Part shown: positions 25,553-35,348 of the stretch, one piece after another
How positions within the stretch are numbered: the stretch's first letter is position 1
How the letters are laid out: each line of letters opens with the position of its first letter
DNA from: an uncultured Spirochaetaceae bacterium
GTDB lineage: Bacteria > Spirochaetota > Spirochaetia > Treponematales > Treponemataceae
Length of the DNA stretch: 43,672 bases
Direction of reading: 5' to 3'
Assembly: GCA_902803415.1 (NCBI GenBank)
Contig: CADCQA010000165.1
Span: 1-43,672 of the forward strand
The notes under the pieces: generated by a model
What the model was told of the DNA's origin: nothing
What the model saw: only the letters and a program-made list of their open reading frames with translations
Databases searched by the model: none
Translations under genes and position numbers: made by a program

Positions 25553-25668
25553 TCTTTTATAATGTGGCGGTCTGCTCTGGCAGCAGATCGTCACTTATAT
25601 TTTAAAGAACTGGGATAGCAGGGAGCTTTTGTTTCCTTGCAGACCGAATATATTTTTGGGGGACTTTT

Positions 25669-26211
25669 ATGGCAGCTGATAACGAGAGCCGCATGGAAAA
25701 AACAGTCAATGCGCTGAAAGAAGAGTACAATACAATCCGCACAGGCAGAGCTTCTGCTTCTATTTTTGATAAAGTGCGTGTTGATTATTACGGAACTCCT
25801 ACCCCGTTAAATCAGGTCGGAACCATTTCCGTTCCGGAAGCCCGCATGATTGTCATCTCTCCCTTTGATAAATCACTTATCACTGCAATTGAAAAGGCCA
25901 TCCAGGCCGCAGATTTAGGCTTGAACCCGAACAATGACGGAAAAGTCATACGTATTTCCATTCCGCCGCTGACGGCTGACCGCCGGAAGGAACTGGTAAA
26001 GCAGGCTAAATCTGCTGCAGAAAATTACCGCACCACAATCCGCAACATCCGCAGGGATGGAAATGATGCTCTCAAAAAGCAGCAGAAAGCAGGTGAGCTT
26101 ACTGAAGATCAGCTGAAAGATGAAACCGACAAGCTGCAGAAGCTGACCGACAAATATATTGAAGAAATCAACAAAGTATATGAAGCCAAAGAAAAGGAAA
26201 TAATGGACTGA
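25669..26211 (+). CDS. frr: Ribosome recycling factor
   Basis: IRTGRAS, VDYYGTPTPLNQ, LGLNPNNDG..IR and IRNIRRD. Confidence 0.98.
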   Translation: MAADNESRMEKTVNALKEEYNTIRTGRASASIFDKVRVDYYGTPTPLNQVGTISVPEARMIVISPFDKSLITAIEKAIQAADLGLNPNNDGKVIRISIPPLTADRRKELVKQAKSAAENYRTTIRNIRRDGNDALKKQQKAGELTEDQLKDETDKLQKLTDKYIEEINKVYEAKEKEIMD

Positions 26212-26215
26212 GAAA

Positions 26216-26947
26216 GTGGCTGCAGATACGATGACTTCATCTGAAATACAGAAAGATGCTCTTCCCGCCCATGTCGGCATTATCATGGATGGTAATGGCC
26301 GCTGGGCAAAGCAGCGGAAACTTCCGCGTACGAGCGGTCACGAAGAAGGCCTGAAGCGTGCCAAAGACATTGCAAAGGCTGCAGCAGACCTTGGTCTGCG
26401 CTACGTAACGCTTTACGTGTTCTCTACGGAGAACTGGAAACGTACGGAACAGGAAGTCGGTTTTCTGATGAATCTCATCCATACCCATCTGGTTAAGGAA
26501 CTCCAGTTTTATCGTGAGAACCAGATACGGGTAAAACTGCTGGGTGACATCACCGGATTGCCCAAAACGATACAGTCCGACATTCGTGAAGCTGAATCTG
26601 ACACTGAAAATTTCACGGGGCTTACGCTTTGCCTTGCCATCAATTATGGCGGCAGGGATGAAATTGTACGCAGTGTCCGAAAACTCCTTGCAGCAGGTAA
26701 GGACGCAGCTTCATTAACGGAGCAGGATATCTCTGCAGGGTTTGACATTCCTGAACTGCCGGATCTGGATCTGCTTATCCGCACAGGCGGAGAAAAACGG
26801 CTCAGCAATTTTCTTCTGTGGCAGTCTGCGTATGCGGAGCTGCTCTTTTCTGATACATTGTGGCCGGATTATCGTCCGGCAGAATTCCTTGAAAACATAG
26901 CCCAGTTCCAGAAACGGGTACGGAAATTCGGGGCGGTACCAGCATGA
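26216..26947 (+). CDS. uppS: Undecaprenyl/polyprenyl diphosphate synthase
   Basis: HVGIIMDGNGRWA, FSTENWKR, NYGGRDE and DLLIRTGGEKRLSNFLLWQ. Start is GTG 26216 or ATG 26231. Confidence 0.97.
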   Translation: MAADTMTSSEIQKDALPAHVGIIMDGNGRWAKQRKLPRTSGHEEGLKRAKDIAKAAADLGLRYVTLYVFSTENWKRTEQEVGFLMNLIHTHLVKELQFYRENQIRVKLLGDITGLPKTIQSDIREAESDTENFTGLTLCLAINYGGRDEIVRSVRKLLAAGKDAASLTEQDISAGFDIPELPDLDLLIRTGGEKRLSNFLLWQSAYAELLFSDTLWPDYRPAEFLENIAQFQKRVRKFGAVPA

Positions 26948-27843
26948 CATCAAAACAGCTTGTTTCTCGGCTTTTAATTTTTTTCATCGGTGTTCCGCTT
27001 GTACTGCTCATTGTGTTTCTTCCTCATTATAATCATATTGCGCTGCATATTTGTCTTTGTACAGTCAGCTGTTTTGCAGCCAGTGAACTGTACGATATTT
27101 TTTCGGTGCGGACTACATTGTATTCGCGGCTCTTCACCATCATCACAACCGCCTTTACGCCGCTTGTTGCTGCCGTGTATGAGGTGGTACCGGCAGTCAC
27201 GCATGTATCCTTCAGCGTGGGGGATGAAGTCATTACGTACGCAATGATTGTATCGCTCCTTGCGGTGCTCTGTGCCGAGGTGCTTTCTGCAAAGGGGTTC
27301 AAGGAATCCAACGAACGCATAGCAGCAACATCGTTCACCATCGTTTACGCCGGCTACCTGCTGACCTTTGTATCACGTATGACAGGTTTCCGCCATGCGG
27401 GAACAATGCTTCAGGACACAGCAATCCCGGCATTGATGGTATTCATCCTGATGGTGTTTTTCTGCGACAGCTTTGCCTGGCTCTTCGGCATCCTGCTTGG
27501 CAAAAACAACAGAGGCGTCATAAAGGCCAGCCCCAACAAGAGCATTGCAGGCTTTACGGGGGGATTTTTGGGTTCTATTGCCGCGGGCTTTGGCGGGGCA
27601 TACGTATTCCCCGAGCTGTTCAGAGGTTCCCCGCTCAAGCTGGTGATACTGAGCATCTGCATCGCATTCGCCGCAATCGTCGGGGATCTGGCAGAATCAG
27701 TGTTCAAGCGTTCCGCCGGCATAAAGGATTCGGGGCACATCATTCCCGGCCGCGGCGGCATACTTGATTCTATCGATTCCATCCTGATGGCCGCCCCAGT
27801 TTATTACTTTCTGTTTTCCCTCTTGTACGGAAGGCTTTCCTGA
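26944..27843 (+). CDS. cdsA: Phosphatidate cytidylyltransferase
   Basis: SPNKS, GDLAESVFKR..IKDSG.IIPGRGGILDSIDS; multi-TM. Confidence 0.95.
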   Translation: MTSKQLVSRLLIFFIGVPLVLLIVFLPHYNHIALHICLCTVSCFAASELYDIFSVRTTLYSRLFTIITTAFTPLVAAVYEVVPAVTHVSFSVGDEVITYAMIVSLLAVLCAEVLSAKGFKESNERIAATSFTIVYAGYLLTFVSRMTGFRHAGTMLQDTAIPALMVFILMVFFCDSFAWLFGILLGKNNRGVIKASPNKSIAGFTGGFLGSIAAGFGGAYVFPELFRGSPLKLVILSICIAFAAIVGDLAESVFKRSAGIKDSGHIIPGRGGILDSIDSILMAAPVYYFLFSLLYGRLS

Positions 27844-27954
27844 CCGCTCCGGCGGCTGGGGAACAGTGCCTTTTTCTAAATCAAGCTTAAAAATCGCGGG
27901 TTTTAAAGGCAAGAGACTTTTGAACCCCACACCAGCAGCAGGAAAGGACATTTC

Positions 27955-29073
27955 ATGAAAAAAATTTTAGTATTGGGCTGCACGGGTTCCATCGGCAGCC
28001 AGACGCTTGACATTATTCGTGCCATGCCGGACGATTTCTGTGTTGCCGGGCTGTCTGCCGGGCATGACGCAGAAAAACTGTCGTTGCTCTGCAAGGAATT
28101 CAACTGTCCCGGCACCGTTTTTGTGAATGACGGCATTGAAGGCATCCGGCGGCTTGTGCAGGAATGCGGTGCAGACATTGCCGTCAACGGCATAGCCGGA
28201 GCCGCGGGACTGGAACCCTCCGTGCTGGTCTTAGAAAGCGGCATGAACCTTGCGCTTGCAAACAAGGAAACAGTGGTTATGGCATGGCCGCTCGTGCAGC
28301 AGCTCGCTGCCCGGCAGCATGCACAGATAATCCCCGTGGACAGCGAACACAGTGCCGTTTTCAGCCTGCTGAAGCAAATCGGAAGCGATGCAGCCGCAGA
28401 GCTGATTATAACAGCAAGCGGCGGTCCTTTCCGCACATACAGTGATGAACAGCTGCAGCACGTTACGCTTGAGCAGGCGCTGCAGCATCCAACCTGGAAC
28501 ATGGGGAAAAAAATCACTATTGACAGCGCAACGCTCGCAAACAAGGGGCTGGAGGTAATAGAAGCATGCCGTCTCTTCGGATTCCCGGCAGACAGGGTGA
28601 AGGTGCTCGTGCACCCGCAGAGCCTTGTTCACAGCCTTGTCCGTACCAAAGACGGAATGCTGTATGCACAGATTTCAAACCCGGACATGCGCCGCCCCAT
28701 TTTTGGTGCGCTCGCCTACCCTGCTGTCCGGGAGAATTACCTTGAGCCATTTGACCTTGCCGGGCACGAAATGACATTTTCTGCTCCCCGCATGCAGTCA
28801 TTTCCCCTGCTGCCGCTCGCCTACGAATGTGCACGCAAAGGGAATTCCTACACAATTGCCTTCAATGCCGCAAATGAAATAGCCGTGAACGCATTCCTTT
28901 CAGAAGCATGTTCATTTCCGCAGATTGCCGGCATAGTGCAATCCGTCCTGCAGCATGACTGGAGCATGGCGGCGGATTCCCTGCCTGCTGTCTTTGACGC
29001 AGATAAAAAAGCCCGTAACGAAGCACAGGCCGCGCTTGTTTCAATTACGGGAGGTCAGCATTGTCTGCATTGA
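27955..29073 (+). CDS. dxr: 1-deoxy-D-xylulose-5-phosphate reductoisomerase
   Basis: LGCTGSIG, LALANKE, PVDSEHSA, TASGGPF, HPTWNMGKKITIDSAT and NAANE. Confidence 0.97.
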   Translation: MKKILVLGCTGSIGSQTLDIIRAMPDDFCVAGLSAGHDAEKLSLLCKEFNCPGTVFVNDGIEGIRRLVQECGADIAVNGIAGAAGLEPSVLVLESGMNLALANKETVVMAWPLVQQLAARQHAQIIPVDSEHSAVFSLLKQIGSDAAAELIITASGGPFRTYSDEQLQHVTLEQALQHPTWNMGKKITIDSATLANKGLEVIEACRLFGFPADRVKVLVHPQSLVHSLVRTKDGMLYAQISNPDMRRPIFGALAYPAVRENYLEPFDLAGHEMTFSAPRMQSFPLLPLAYECARKGNSYTIAFNAANEIAVNAFLSEACSFPQIAGIVQSVLQHDWSMAADSLPAVFDADKKARNEAQAALVSITGGQHCLH

Positions 29074-30194
29074 CTATTTTCTTGGGTATTATATGCCTCG
29101 GTTTTCTGGTTTTCTTCCATGAATTGGGGCATTTTTCAGCAGCACACCTCTGTGGCGTAACGGTGGAAGCTTTCTCCGTCGGCATGGGGCCTGTATTGCT
29201 GCACCACAGGCATGGTGCCACCGACTACCGTATCTCGCTCATTCCGCTTGGCGGCTATTGTGCCATGAAGGGTGAGCATGACTACCAGGACGCGCTGGAA
29301 AAGGAACTCCCCGAAATTCAGGGCGCACCGGATTCTTTCTACGGTGTCCATCCGCTTAAGCGGCTGCTGATAGCATTTTCAGGGCCTCTTTTTAACATTA
29401 TTTTTGGTTTTATCGCATTTTTCATCGTTGCACTCATGGGCTATCCCTATCTGAGCGCAGGAACGACCGTTTCCATGGCAGACGAACTGTACGAAGGCAT
29501 GAGTTCGCCGGCACATGTGGCAGGCATGCAGACCGGAGACCGCATTATAGCGGTGGACGGTGTGCCGGTGGATGACTTTGATGCAATCGTCGAAGCGGTA
29601 GCCGTGCATGCCGACGAGGACATCACCATCACGGTGGAACGCGACGGGATTGAAAAAAGCTTTACCTTCCGCACGGAACTTGACAAAGAAACCGGGGCAG
29701 GAAGGGTCGGTATCGTTGCACAGATGGATTCAGTTGTGGAGCGGCACTATGGTCCGTTTCCATTCTTTCCTGCAATCGCCGAGGGCGCCCGGCAAACCGT
29801 ACGATTCATTGCCCTTACTTTCAAAAGCATTGCCGTCCTTTTCAAGGGTGTTGATGTAACAAAGGCTGTATCCGGTCCGGCGCGCATTACGACCATGCTC
29901 GGAAGTACCGTCCAGGAAGGATTTGCGGCGGGCACACACATAGGTATCGTGAGTACGCTGCAGTTCCTTGCGCTCATCAGCATTTCACTGTTCATCACAA
30001 ATATGCTGCCGGTTCCTGTCCTTGACGGAGGGCTTATCCTTTTTGCAGCCATTGAATGGATTGCACGGCGGAAAATGCCGCCTAAACTCTTATATTATAT
30101 ACAATTTGTAGGTATTGCCATCATTGCCGCCCTCTTTGTGCTGGCGATTGCAGGCGACCTGCGCTACTTCTTCTTCCAAGGAGGCACCGAATGA
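29061..30194 (+). CDS. rseP: Site-2 (RIP) metalloprotease RseP with one PDZ domain
   Basis: HELGH, IPLGGY, SGP, PDZ-like SPAHVAGMQTGDRIIAVDG and NMLPVPVLDGG. TTG start with GGAGG, overlapping the end of dxr. Confidence 0.94.
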   Translation: MSALTIFLGIICLGFLVFFHELGHFSAAHLCGVTVEAFSVGMGPVLLHHRHGATDYRISLIPLGGYCAMKGEHDYQDALEKELPEIQGAPDSFYGVHPLKRLLIAFSGPLFNIIFGFIAFFIVALMGYPYLSAGTTVSMADELYEGMSSPAHVAGMQTGDRIIAVDGVPVDDFDAIVEAVAVHADEDITITVERDGIEKSFTFRTELDKETGAGRVGIVAQMDSVVERHYGPFPFFPAIAEGARQTVRFIALTFKSIAVLFKGVDVTKAVSGPARITTMLGSTVQEGFAAGTHIGIVSTLQFLALISISLFITNMLPVPVLDGGLILFAAIEWIARRKMPPKLLYYIQFVGIAIIAALFVLAIAGDLRYFFFQGGTE

Positions 30195-32269
30195 ACAGAG
30201 AAAAATGCTGCGCCGGATATACCGCTGCCCTGCTGCTGCTCCTTTGCACCGGGACAGGACTTTTTGCACAGGCGGCAGAGACTGCAACACCGGTACTGCA
30301 GACCGGCGCTGCCCGGAAAATAGATTTTCAGGCACACGTATCCGCCCAGTCCCATGCCGGCAGTGTCTCGGCAGTCATCCCGCTGGAAAACATGAAGAAT
30401 GCAGACGGTGCATTTTTTACGGCCGGAGAAGACGGCTTCCTCATCAGGTGGACAGCGGACGGAGAAGGCGAACACTACCAGCTTGGAAACCTTAAGATTG
30501 CCGCAATTTCCCAGCATCCCAAAACCAGCGATGTTGCTGTCTGCGAAACAGACGGCGTTGCGGTGAACCGGGTTTCTGTGTTCAGCTGGAAGGATTTTTC
30601 CCGGCTGCATACCGAGCGCTTCAAGGATAACATAACTTGCCTTTCCTATTCAGAACAGGGAAACTACCTGCTGGTCGGTACCGCGGCAGTAGGCGGAATG
30701 TATATCCTGAATGCAAAGAACGGGAGCATCATCACAAACATTACAGAGATTCCCAGCATTATCACGATGGCACAGACGGGAGCATCAGAAAAAACCGCCG
30801 TCATGTATTCGCCGTCAGGCTACCTGTATTACTATGATTTGAAGAAAAACAAGGTCATTGCCAAGTTCCAGACAACGGCGGCGCTTGAACAGCCTCTGCT
30901 TTTCGGCAGCGGCAAGCAGAGCAACCGCTTTTTTGGCGGTGTCAAGGGCAATACCATCTACATAATTGACGCAACAAGCGGAAAAACCATTGCTCAGTAT
31001 GCCGCAACCGCACCGCTTATCTTCACAGGCAAGACAGAGGCGGAAGAAGGACTGTATTTCATCAGTTCCATGGGCAAAGGCTTTGCGCTCCAGCTCATCC
31101 CGGACGAATCACTGCTGCCGCGTAAAAAGGACGGAACCGCAAGGACTCAGCCCGAAATCATGCAGCTCAAAACATTCATCGGCCTGAAAGCCGGCGACAG
31201 CTTTACCGTGGCAGCAAAGAACGCAGAAAGTGTGTTTATCGGCACAAAATCTGGAACCATCTACAAGATGTCCGATATCGTTGAATCAGAGACCTATTCA
31301 CTGGCGCCGCTGTCAGCAAAGATTTTTGACAGAGTCTGCGACATCGCCGCCGGTTCTACCAGCAATGATTTCTACCTGCTGACGGAATCAGCCGTCTACA
31401 AGGCAGACTTCGCCTTAAAGCATACGCAGAAGCTTGCCATGAATCAGCTTCAGACAAACTTCATAAAATATGGGGAAAGCGTTATCCTCTGGTCGAAGAA
31501 TACGAAGAAACCAGTACAGCGCGTCATTCTGTCGGAAAACCCAGAATCAATATCAGCAGAAGTGCTGTTTACCCCTCAGAACCGGCTGCAGAACGTACGT
31601 CTGGCAGGGAACCAGCTGCTGTACGTGCAGGGAAATTCCAGCGTATGCCAGTACAATCTGGAAACAGGGAAAACTCGCGAACTGTACACGGGAACGGCTG
31701 TGGAAGACGCCGTAAACAGCGGAAACGACACTATCTATGTGGCAAAGACTTCAATGGGCGGCTCCGATGCCCCGCTGGTCTCGGTAAACCTGAAAACCGG
31801 CGAAACAGCTCCTGTTAAGATAAACGGCTATGTTGCCTATTCCCTCAGTTCATCCGGGGAAGACGGCGGCGGCATCTATGGTATTGCAATGCGGAGCCAG
31901 AAAGCTGGGGCTGCAGTAACAGAGGTATTTGCCTATTCACCGGAGAACAAGTCCGTCCGGACCCTGCTGAAACTCTCCGACGAAGATGCAGCCGCAAGTA
32001 CTGCACTCGCCTACCCCATGCTCTATACGAACCTGGGAAAGAACCAGATTTACGCCTGCAATGTACAGAACGGCAGGAACATGACATTCCGCAGGGCAGC
32101 ATCGCTTCCCGGAAAGACATGCGCGGGCGAACGATACATCGCAACGCTGAACAGTGACGGCAGCATCTCTTGGTATGAAAAGTCATCGACGCAGCTGCGT
32201 GCAAGCTGGTATTTCACCAGCAGCGGAGACTGGCAGGAATTCCCGGTGGCGGCAACACAGCAATGGTAA
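30191..32269 (+). CDS. Exported WD40/beta-propeller repeat protein
   Basis: Signal peptide ending GLFA; WD-like HAGSVSAV..FFTAGEDGFLIRW, ITCLSYSEQGNYLLVG and ATLNSDGSISW; beta-rich throughout. Confidence 0.82.
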   Translation: MNREKCCAGYTAALLLLLCTGTGLFAQAAETATPVLQTGAARKIDFQAHVSAQSHAGSVSAVIPLENMKNADGAFFTAGEDGFLIRWTADGEGEHYQLGNLKIAAISQHPKTSDVAVCETDGVAVNRVSVFSWKDFSRLHTERFKDNITCLSYSEQGNYLLVGTAAVGGMYILNAKNGSIITNITEIPSIITMAQTGASEKTAVMYSPSGYLYYYDLKKNKVIAKFQTTAALEQPLLFGSGKQSNRFFGGVKGNTIYIIDATSGKTIAQYAATAPLIFTGKTEAEEGLYFISSMGKGFALQLIPDESLLPRKKDGTARTQPEIMQLKTFIGLKAGDSFTVAAKNAESVFIGTKSGTIYKMSDIVESETYSLAPLSAKIFDRVCDIAAGSTSNDFYLLTESAVYKADFALKHTQKLAMNQLQTNFIKYGESVILWSKNTKKPVQRVILSENPESISAEVLFTPQNRLQNVRLAGNQLLYVQGNSSVCQYNLETGKTRELYTGTAVEDAVNSGNDTIYVAKTSMGGSDAPLVSVNLKTGETAPVKINGYVAYSLSSSGEDGGGIYGIAMRSQKAGAAVTEVFAYSPENKSVRTLLKLSDEDAAASTALAYPMLYTNLGKNQIYACNVQNGRNMTFRRAASLPGKTCAGERYIATLNSDGSISWYEKSSTQLRASWYFTSSGDWQEFPVAATQQW

Positions 32270-32314
32270 AAAAGAAGCAGCGGAGACTGACAGCAAACCA
32301 GTCTCCGCTGCTTC
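32268..32314 (-). terminator. Intrinsic terminator of glgA (16-bp perfect stem)
   Basis: GAAGCAGCGGAGACTG-9 nt-CAGTCTCCGCTGCTTC with a T6 tail on the minus strand. Confidence 0.85.
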
Positions 32315-32367
32315 CATAGCTCTTCTGAATGCTGCAGCGTCAGGCAATCCCTGCGCTGCAAGCCGGC

Positions 32368-33855
32368 TTATTCCTGATAATCCCGGTTACAGCCGCGTTT
32401 CAGCGCTTCTTTGTAAACCTCAAGATACTTTCCGGCAGCAATGTCCCAGCCGAAGTTCTGGCGCATACCGCGGTTTTGCATCTTCATGATGTCTCCCTTC
32501 CTGTTATAGTACGCCCACGTCGCCCAGCCGGCAGTGTTGTAGATAGCGCTGGGATCAAGCTGGTCGAACACAAAGCCGGTGCCCTCGCCCGTTTCCTGAT
32601 TGTAGTTCTGCACGGTATCCGCAAGCCCGCCCGTACGCCGGACAATCGGCAGCGTACCGTAAAGCATAGAATAAATCTGATTCAGTCCGCAAGGCTCGTA
32701 GCGCGAAGGCATCAGGAAGAAATCGCTGCCGGCCTCTATCAGGTGGCTCAAATCCTCGCTGTAACCGATATAGGCCTTGAAATTCGGCAGCTGGTACTGC
32801 AGCGAAGCAATTTCATTCTCGCACCACTTCTCGCCGCTGCCAAGTACCACCACCTGCACCTTCATGTTACGGCAGATATGGAACATGGCACCATGCATCG
32901 GTCCGAACAATTCGCCGATGCCTTTCTGATCCACAAGGCGCGTTACAATGCCGAACACCGGAATATCCGGGTCAACTTCCAGCCCCATCTGTTCCTGCAG
33001 CCGCTGCTTGCATTTTGCCTTGCCGCTCATGTCTTTAATTGAATAGTTGAACGGAAGGCGCTTGTCAGTCTCTGGATTCCACTGTTCCACATCTGCGCCG
33101 TTCAGGATACCCCGGACAACGTCTCCGCGCACACGGAGCAGCCCGTCCATGCCGAAGCCGCCCTCCCGCGTCTGGATTTCATGGGCATAGGTCGGGGAAA
33201 CCGTCGTAATCATATCCGCAGAAGAGACGCCCGCCTGGAGGAAGTTTATGCCGCCGTTGTGCTCAAAGCCGGCTCCATAGTACAGCCCCCAGTCTATGCC
33301 GAGCGCCGGGTACTTGTCCTTGCCGTACTGCCCCTGGTAGCCCTGGTTGTGGATGGTAAGCACGCTTGCGGTCTGCTCGAAACCCGAATAGCGGCACAGG
33401 AATTTAAGCAGAACCGGCGCAAGGCAGCTTGACCAGTCATGCGCATGAATAATGTCCGGGAACCAATGGAGTTTGCGGCAAAGCTGGAACGCACCGTGGC
33501 AGAGCACGGCAAAGCGGTAGGGATTGTCGTGAAAATCCGTCTCACCGGGCACGCCGTAAATACCGTCACGCCCGAAGCACTGTTCATGGTCAATGAAATA
33601 CACAGGGAGCTTGTCGCAGCCGGGCATCTTGGTGGTGTACACCGCAGACCAGGTTTCCACGCTGCCCGCCGCAATTGCCATCGGTCCCGGCAGCTGCTCC
33701 ATTTTCTTGCGGTCTATTTTATAATAACGGGGAATGACAATCTTTACGTCATGCCCCATATTTGCAAGCTGAATGGCAAGTGCACTCACCATGTCGGCAA
33801 GTCCGCCAGTCTTTGCAAAGGGAACTGCTTCCGCTGATACCATAAGGATTTTCAT
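32368..33855 (-). CDS. glgA: Glycogen synthase (GT5)
   Basis: EAVPFAKTGGLAD, HAHDW, TIHN..YQG, TVSPTYA.EI, RLVDQKG, PSRYEPCGLNQ and TGGLADTV; AGGAGG SD. Confidence 0.97.
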   Translation of the reverse strand: MKILMVSAEAVPFAKTGGLADMVSALAIQLANMGHDVKIVIPRYYKIDRKKMEQLPGPMAIAAGSVETWSAVYTTKMPGCDKLPVYFIDHEQCFGRDGIYGVPGETDFHDNPYRFAVLCHGAFQLCRKLHWFPDIIHAHDWSSCLAPVLLKFLCRYSGFEQTASVLTIHNQGYQGQYGKDKYPALGIDWGLYYGAGFEHNGGINFLQAGVSSADMITTVSPTYAHEIQTREGGFGMDGLLRVRGDVVRGILNGADVEQWNPETDKRLPFNYSIKDMSGKAKCKQRLQEQMGLEVDPDIPVFGIVTRLVDQKGIGELFGPMHGAMFHICRNMKVQVVVLGSGEKWCENEIASLQYQLPNFKAYIGYSEDLSHLIEAGSDFFLMPSRYEPCGLNQIYSMLYGTLPIVRRTGGLADTVQNYNQETGEGTGFVFDQLDPSAIYNTAGWATWAYYNRKGDIMKMQNRGMRQNFGWDIAAGKYLEVYKEALKRGCNRDYQE

Positions 33856-33943
33856 TGGTCTACCTCCTGTTCTCAGTCAAGGAAGCTCCAGAAAACAAAC
33901 AGATTCCGGAGCATCTTCCAGACTAAGCTAAAAAAACAATAAA

Positions 33944-33980
33944 AAGGCATCTCTAAAAACAGAAATTTTTAGAGACTCCC
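33944..33980. repeat. Intergenic inverted repeat (REP-like hairpin)
   Basis: TCTCTAAAAA-CAGAAA-TTTTTAGAGA, related to the hairpin at 3193-3220. Confidence 0.55.
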
Positions 33981-34041
33981 AAAAATGAGCTTTCTGCACG
34001 CCGGCCGCAAACCTGCCAGAGTTTTGCAGCCAACATACAGA

Positions 34042-35238
34042 TTATTTTAAATCAGCCATCGCCTGACGGAAGGCTGTCCTTGAGTTCACAATGCTCTGTT
34101 CACTTACACAATAGGCAAGCCGGAACCAGCCCTTCCCGCCAAAACCGCTGCCGGGAGCCGCCAGAATAAGGTATTTTTTCAGGTAATCGGCAAATGCCAT
34201 ATCATCACCATTGAAGGCATCCGGCACCTTGCACCACATATAGAAAGCCCCCTCCGGACAGGCATGCACAATGCCCGCTTCATCAAGAATGGAAACCAGC
34301 TCATCGCGGCGTTTCTTGTACAGCGAATAATCAGCCTCCGCGTTCCAGCACTCCGCAACGACACGCTGGAAGAGCGCAGGCGCGTTCACGTAGCCGAGTA
34401 TGCGCGTAGTAAAAATGCAGGCTGCAACCAGCTCATCCTTGTCCGGGCACTGGGGGTTCACGCAGATATAGCCGATGCGTTCGCCGGGAAGGCTCAGGTT
34501 TTTTGCAAACGAAGTGACGACCACGCTGCTGGGATACAGCGGGAAGGCCGCAGCAACCTGAACACCGTCGTAGGTAATGGCACGATATGGCTCGTCACAG
34601 ATGAGGTACGGCGCCCGCCCGCAGGAAGCCGCATGCTCCTGCAGCACAGCGGCAAGCCGCGCAATGTCTTCCGTGGAATAGACACGCCCCGTCGGGTTAT
34701 TGGGGCTGTTGATGAGCACGGCCGCAGTCTTTTTGCTCAGCGCCCGGCGGATTGCCTCAACATCAAGCGAAAAATCTTCCTTTGTGGGCACTTCTACCAG
34801 CGTGCCGCCGAAATTGTGCACATAATGGCGGTACTCCGCAAAGAACGGTGCAGGGACAAGCACCGTATCGCCCTCATTCAAAATTGCTTTCAGAAGACTG
34901 TTCAAGGCGCCCGCCGCACCCACGGACATGACCACACAGTCGGCAGGAACCGGAACGCCCTGCTCCGCGGCAGTCTTATCTGCCATCGCCTTGCGTGCAA
35001 AGGGATAACCGGCATTCGGCATATAGCCGTGGAAATTCTTTTCCCGGCAGGCAGCAATACGGGAAACCGCCTGCAGCACGGCTTCCGGCGGATCTATATC
35101 AGGATTTCCCAGGCTGAAGTCAAATACTTTATCTTCACCGTGGAGTGCCTTCAGCCGGACGCCTTCCTCAAACATCTTGCGGATAACCCCGGATCCCTTG
35201 CTGTTCATCGTTTCTTGTATATACGCCGATATTGGCAT
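34042..35238 (-). CDS. Class I/II PLP-dependent aminotransferase (aspartate aminotransferase-like)
   Basis: FDFSLGNPD, HGYMPNAG, INSPNNPTG, CDEPY, SFAKNLSLPGERIGY (PLP lysine), PEGAFY and RLAY. Confidence 0.94.
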   Translation of the reverse strand: MPISAYIQETMNSKGSGVIRKMFEEGVRLKALHGEDKVFDFSLGNPDIDPPEAVLQAVSRIAACREKNFHGYMPNAGYPFARKAMADKTAAEQGVPVPADCVVMSVGAAGALNSLLKAILNEGDTVLVPAPFFAEYRHYVHNFGGTLVEVPTKEDFSLDVEAIRRALSKKTAAVLINSPNNPTGRVYSTEDIARLAAVLQEHAASCGRAPYLICDEPYRAITYDGVQVAAAFPLYPSSVVVTSFAKNLSLPGERIGYICVNPQCPDKDELVAACIFTTRILGYVNAPALFQRVVAECWNAEADYSLYKKRRDELVSILDEAGIVHACPEGAFYMWCKVPDAFNGDDMAFADYLKKYLILAAPGSGFGGKGWFRLAYCVSEQSIVNSRTAFRQAMADLK

Positions 35239-35313
35239 CTTGTGTTCCTCTCTTTTTTGAAAATCTTCCCGACCGCCTTATTGGAACGGCGGTTTTTAGG
35301 ATGAATCTTTGTA

Positions 35314-35342
35314 ATTATACCACAAGTTCGTGGTTTACACAA
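35314..35342 (-). promoter_or_regulatory. Sigma70-type promoter of the aminotransferase
   Basis: TTGTGT-17-TATAAT with an extended TG on the minus strand. Confidence 0.65.
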
Positions 35343-35348
35343 ATATAT

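Noticed and set aside
25553-25668. pyrH missing between tsf and frr
   Set aside because: The spacer is only 116 bp with no pyrH remnant, and tsf-frr adjacency is the usual treponemal arrangement as I recall it. It is not a recent deletion.
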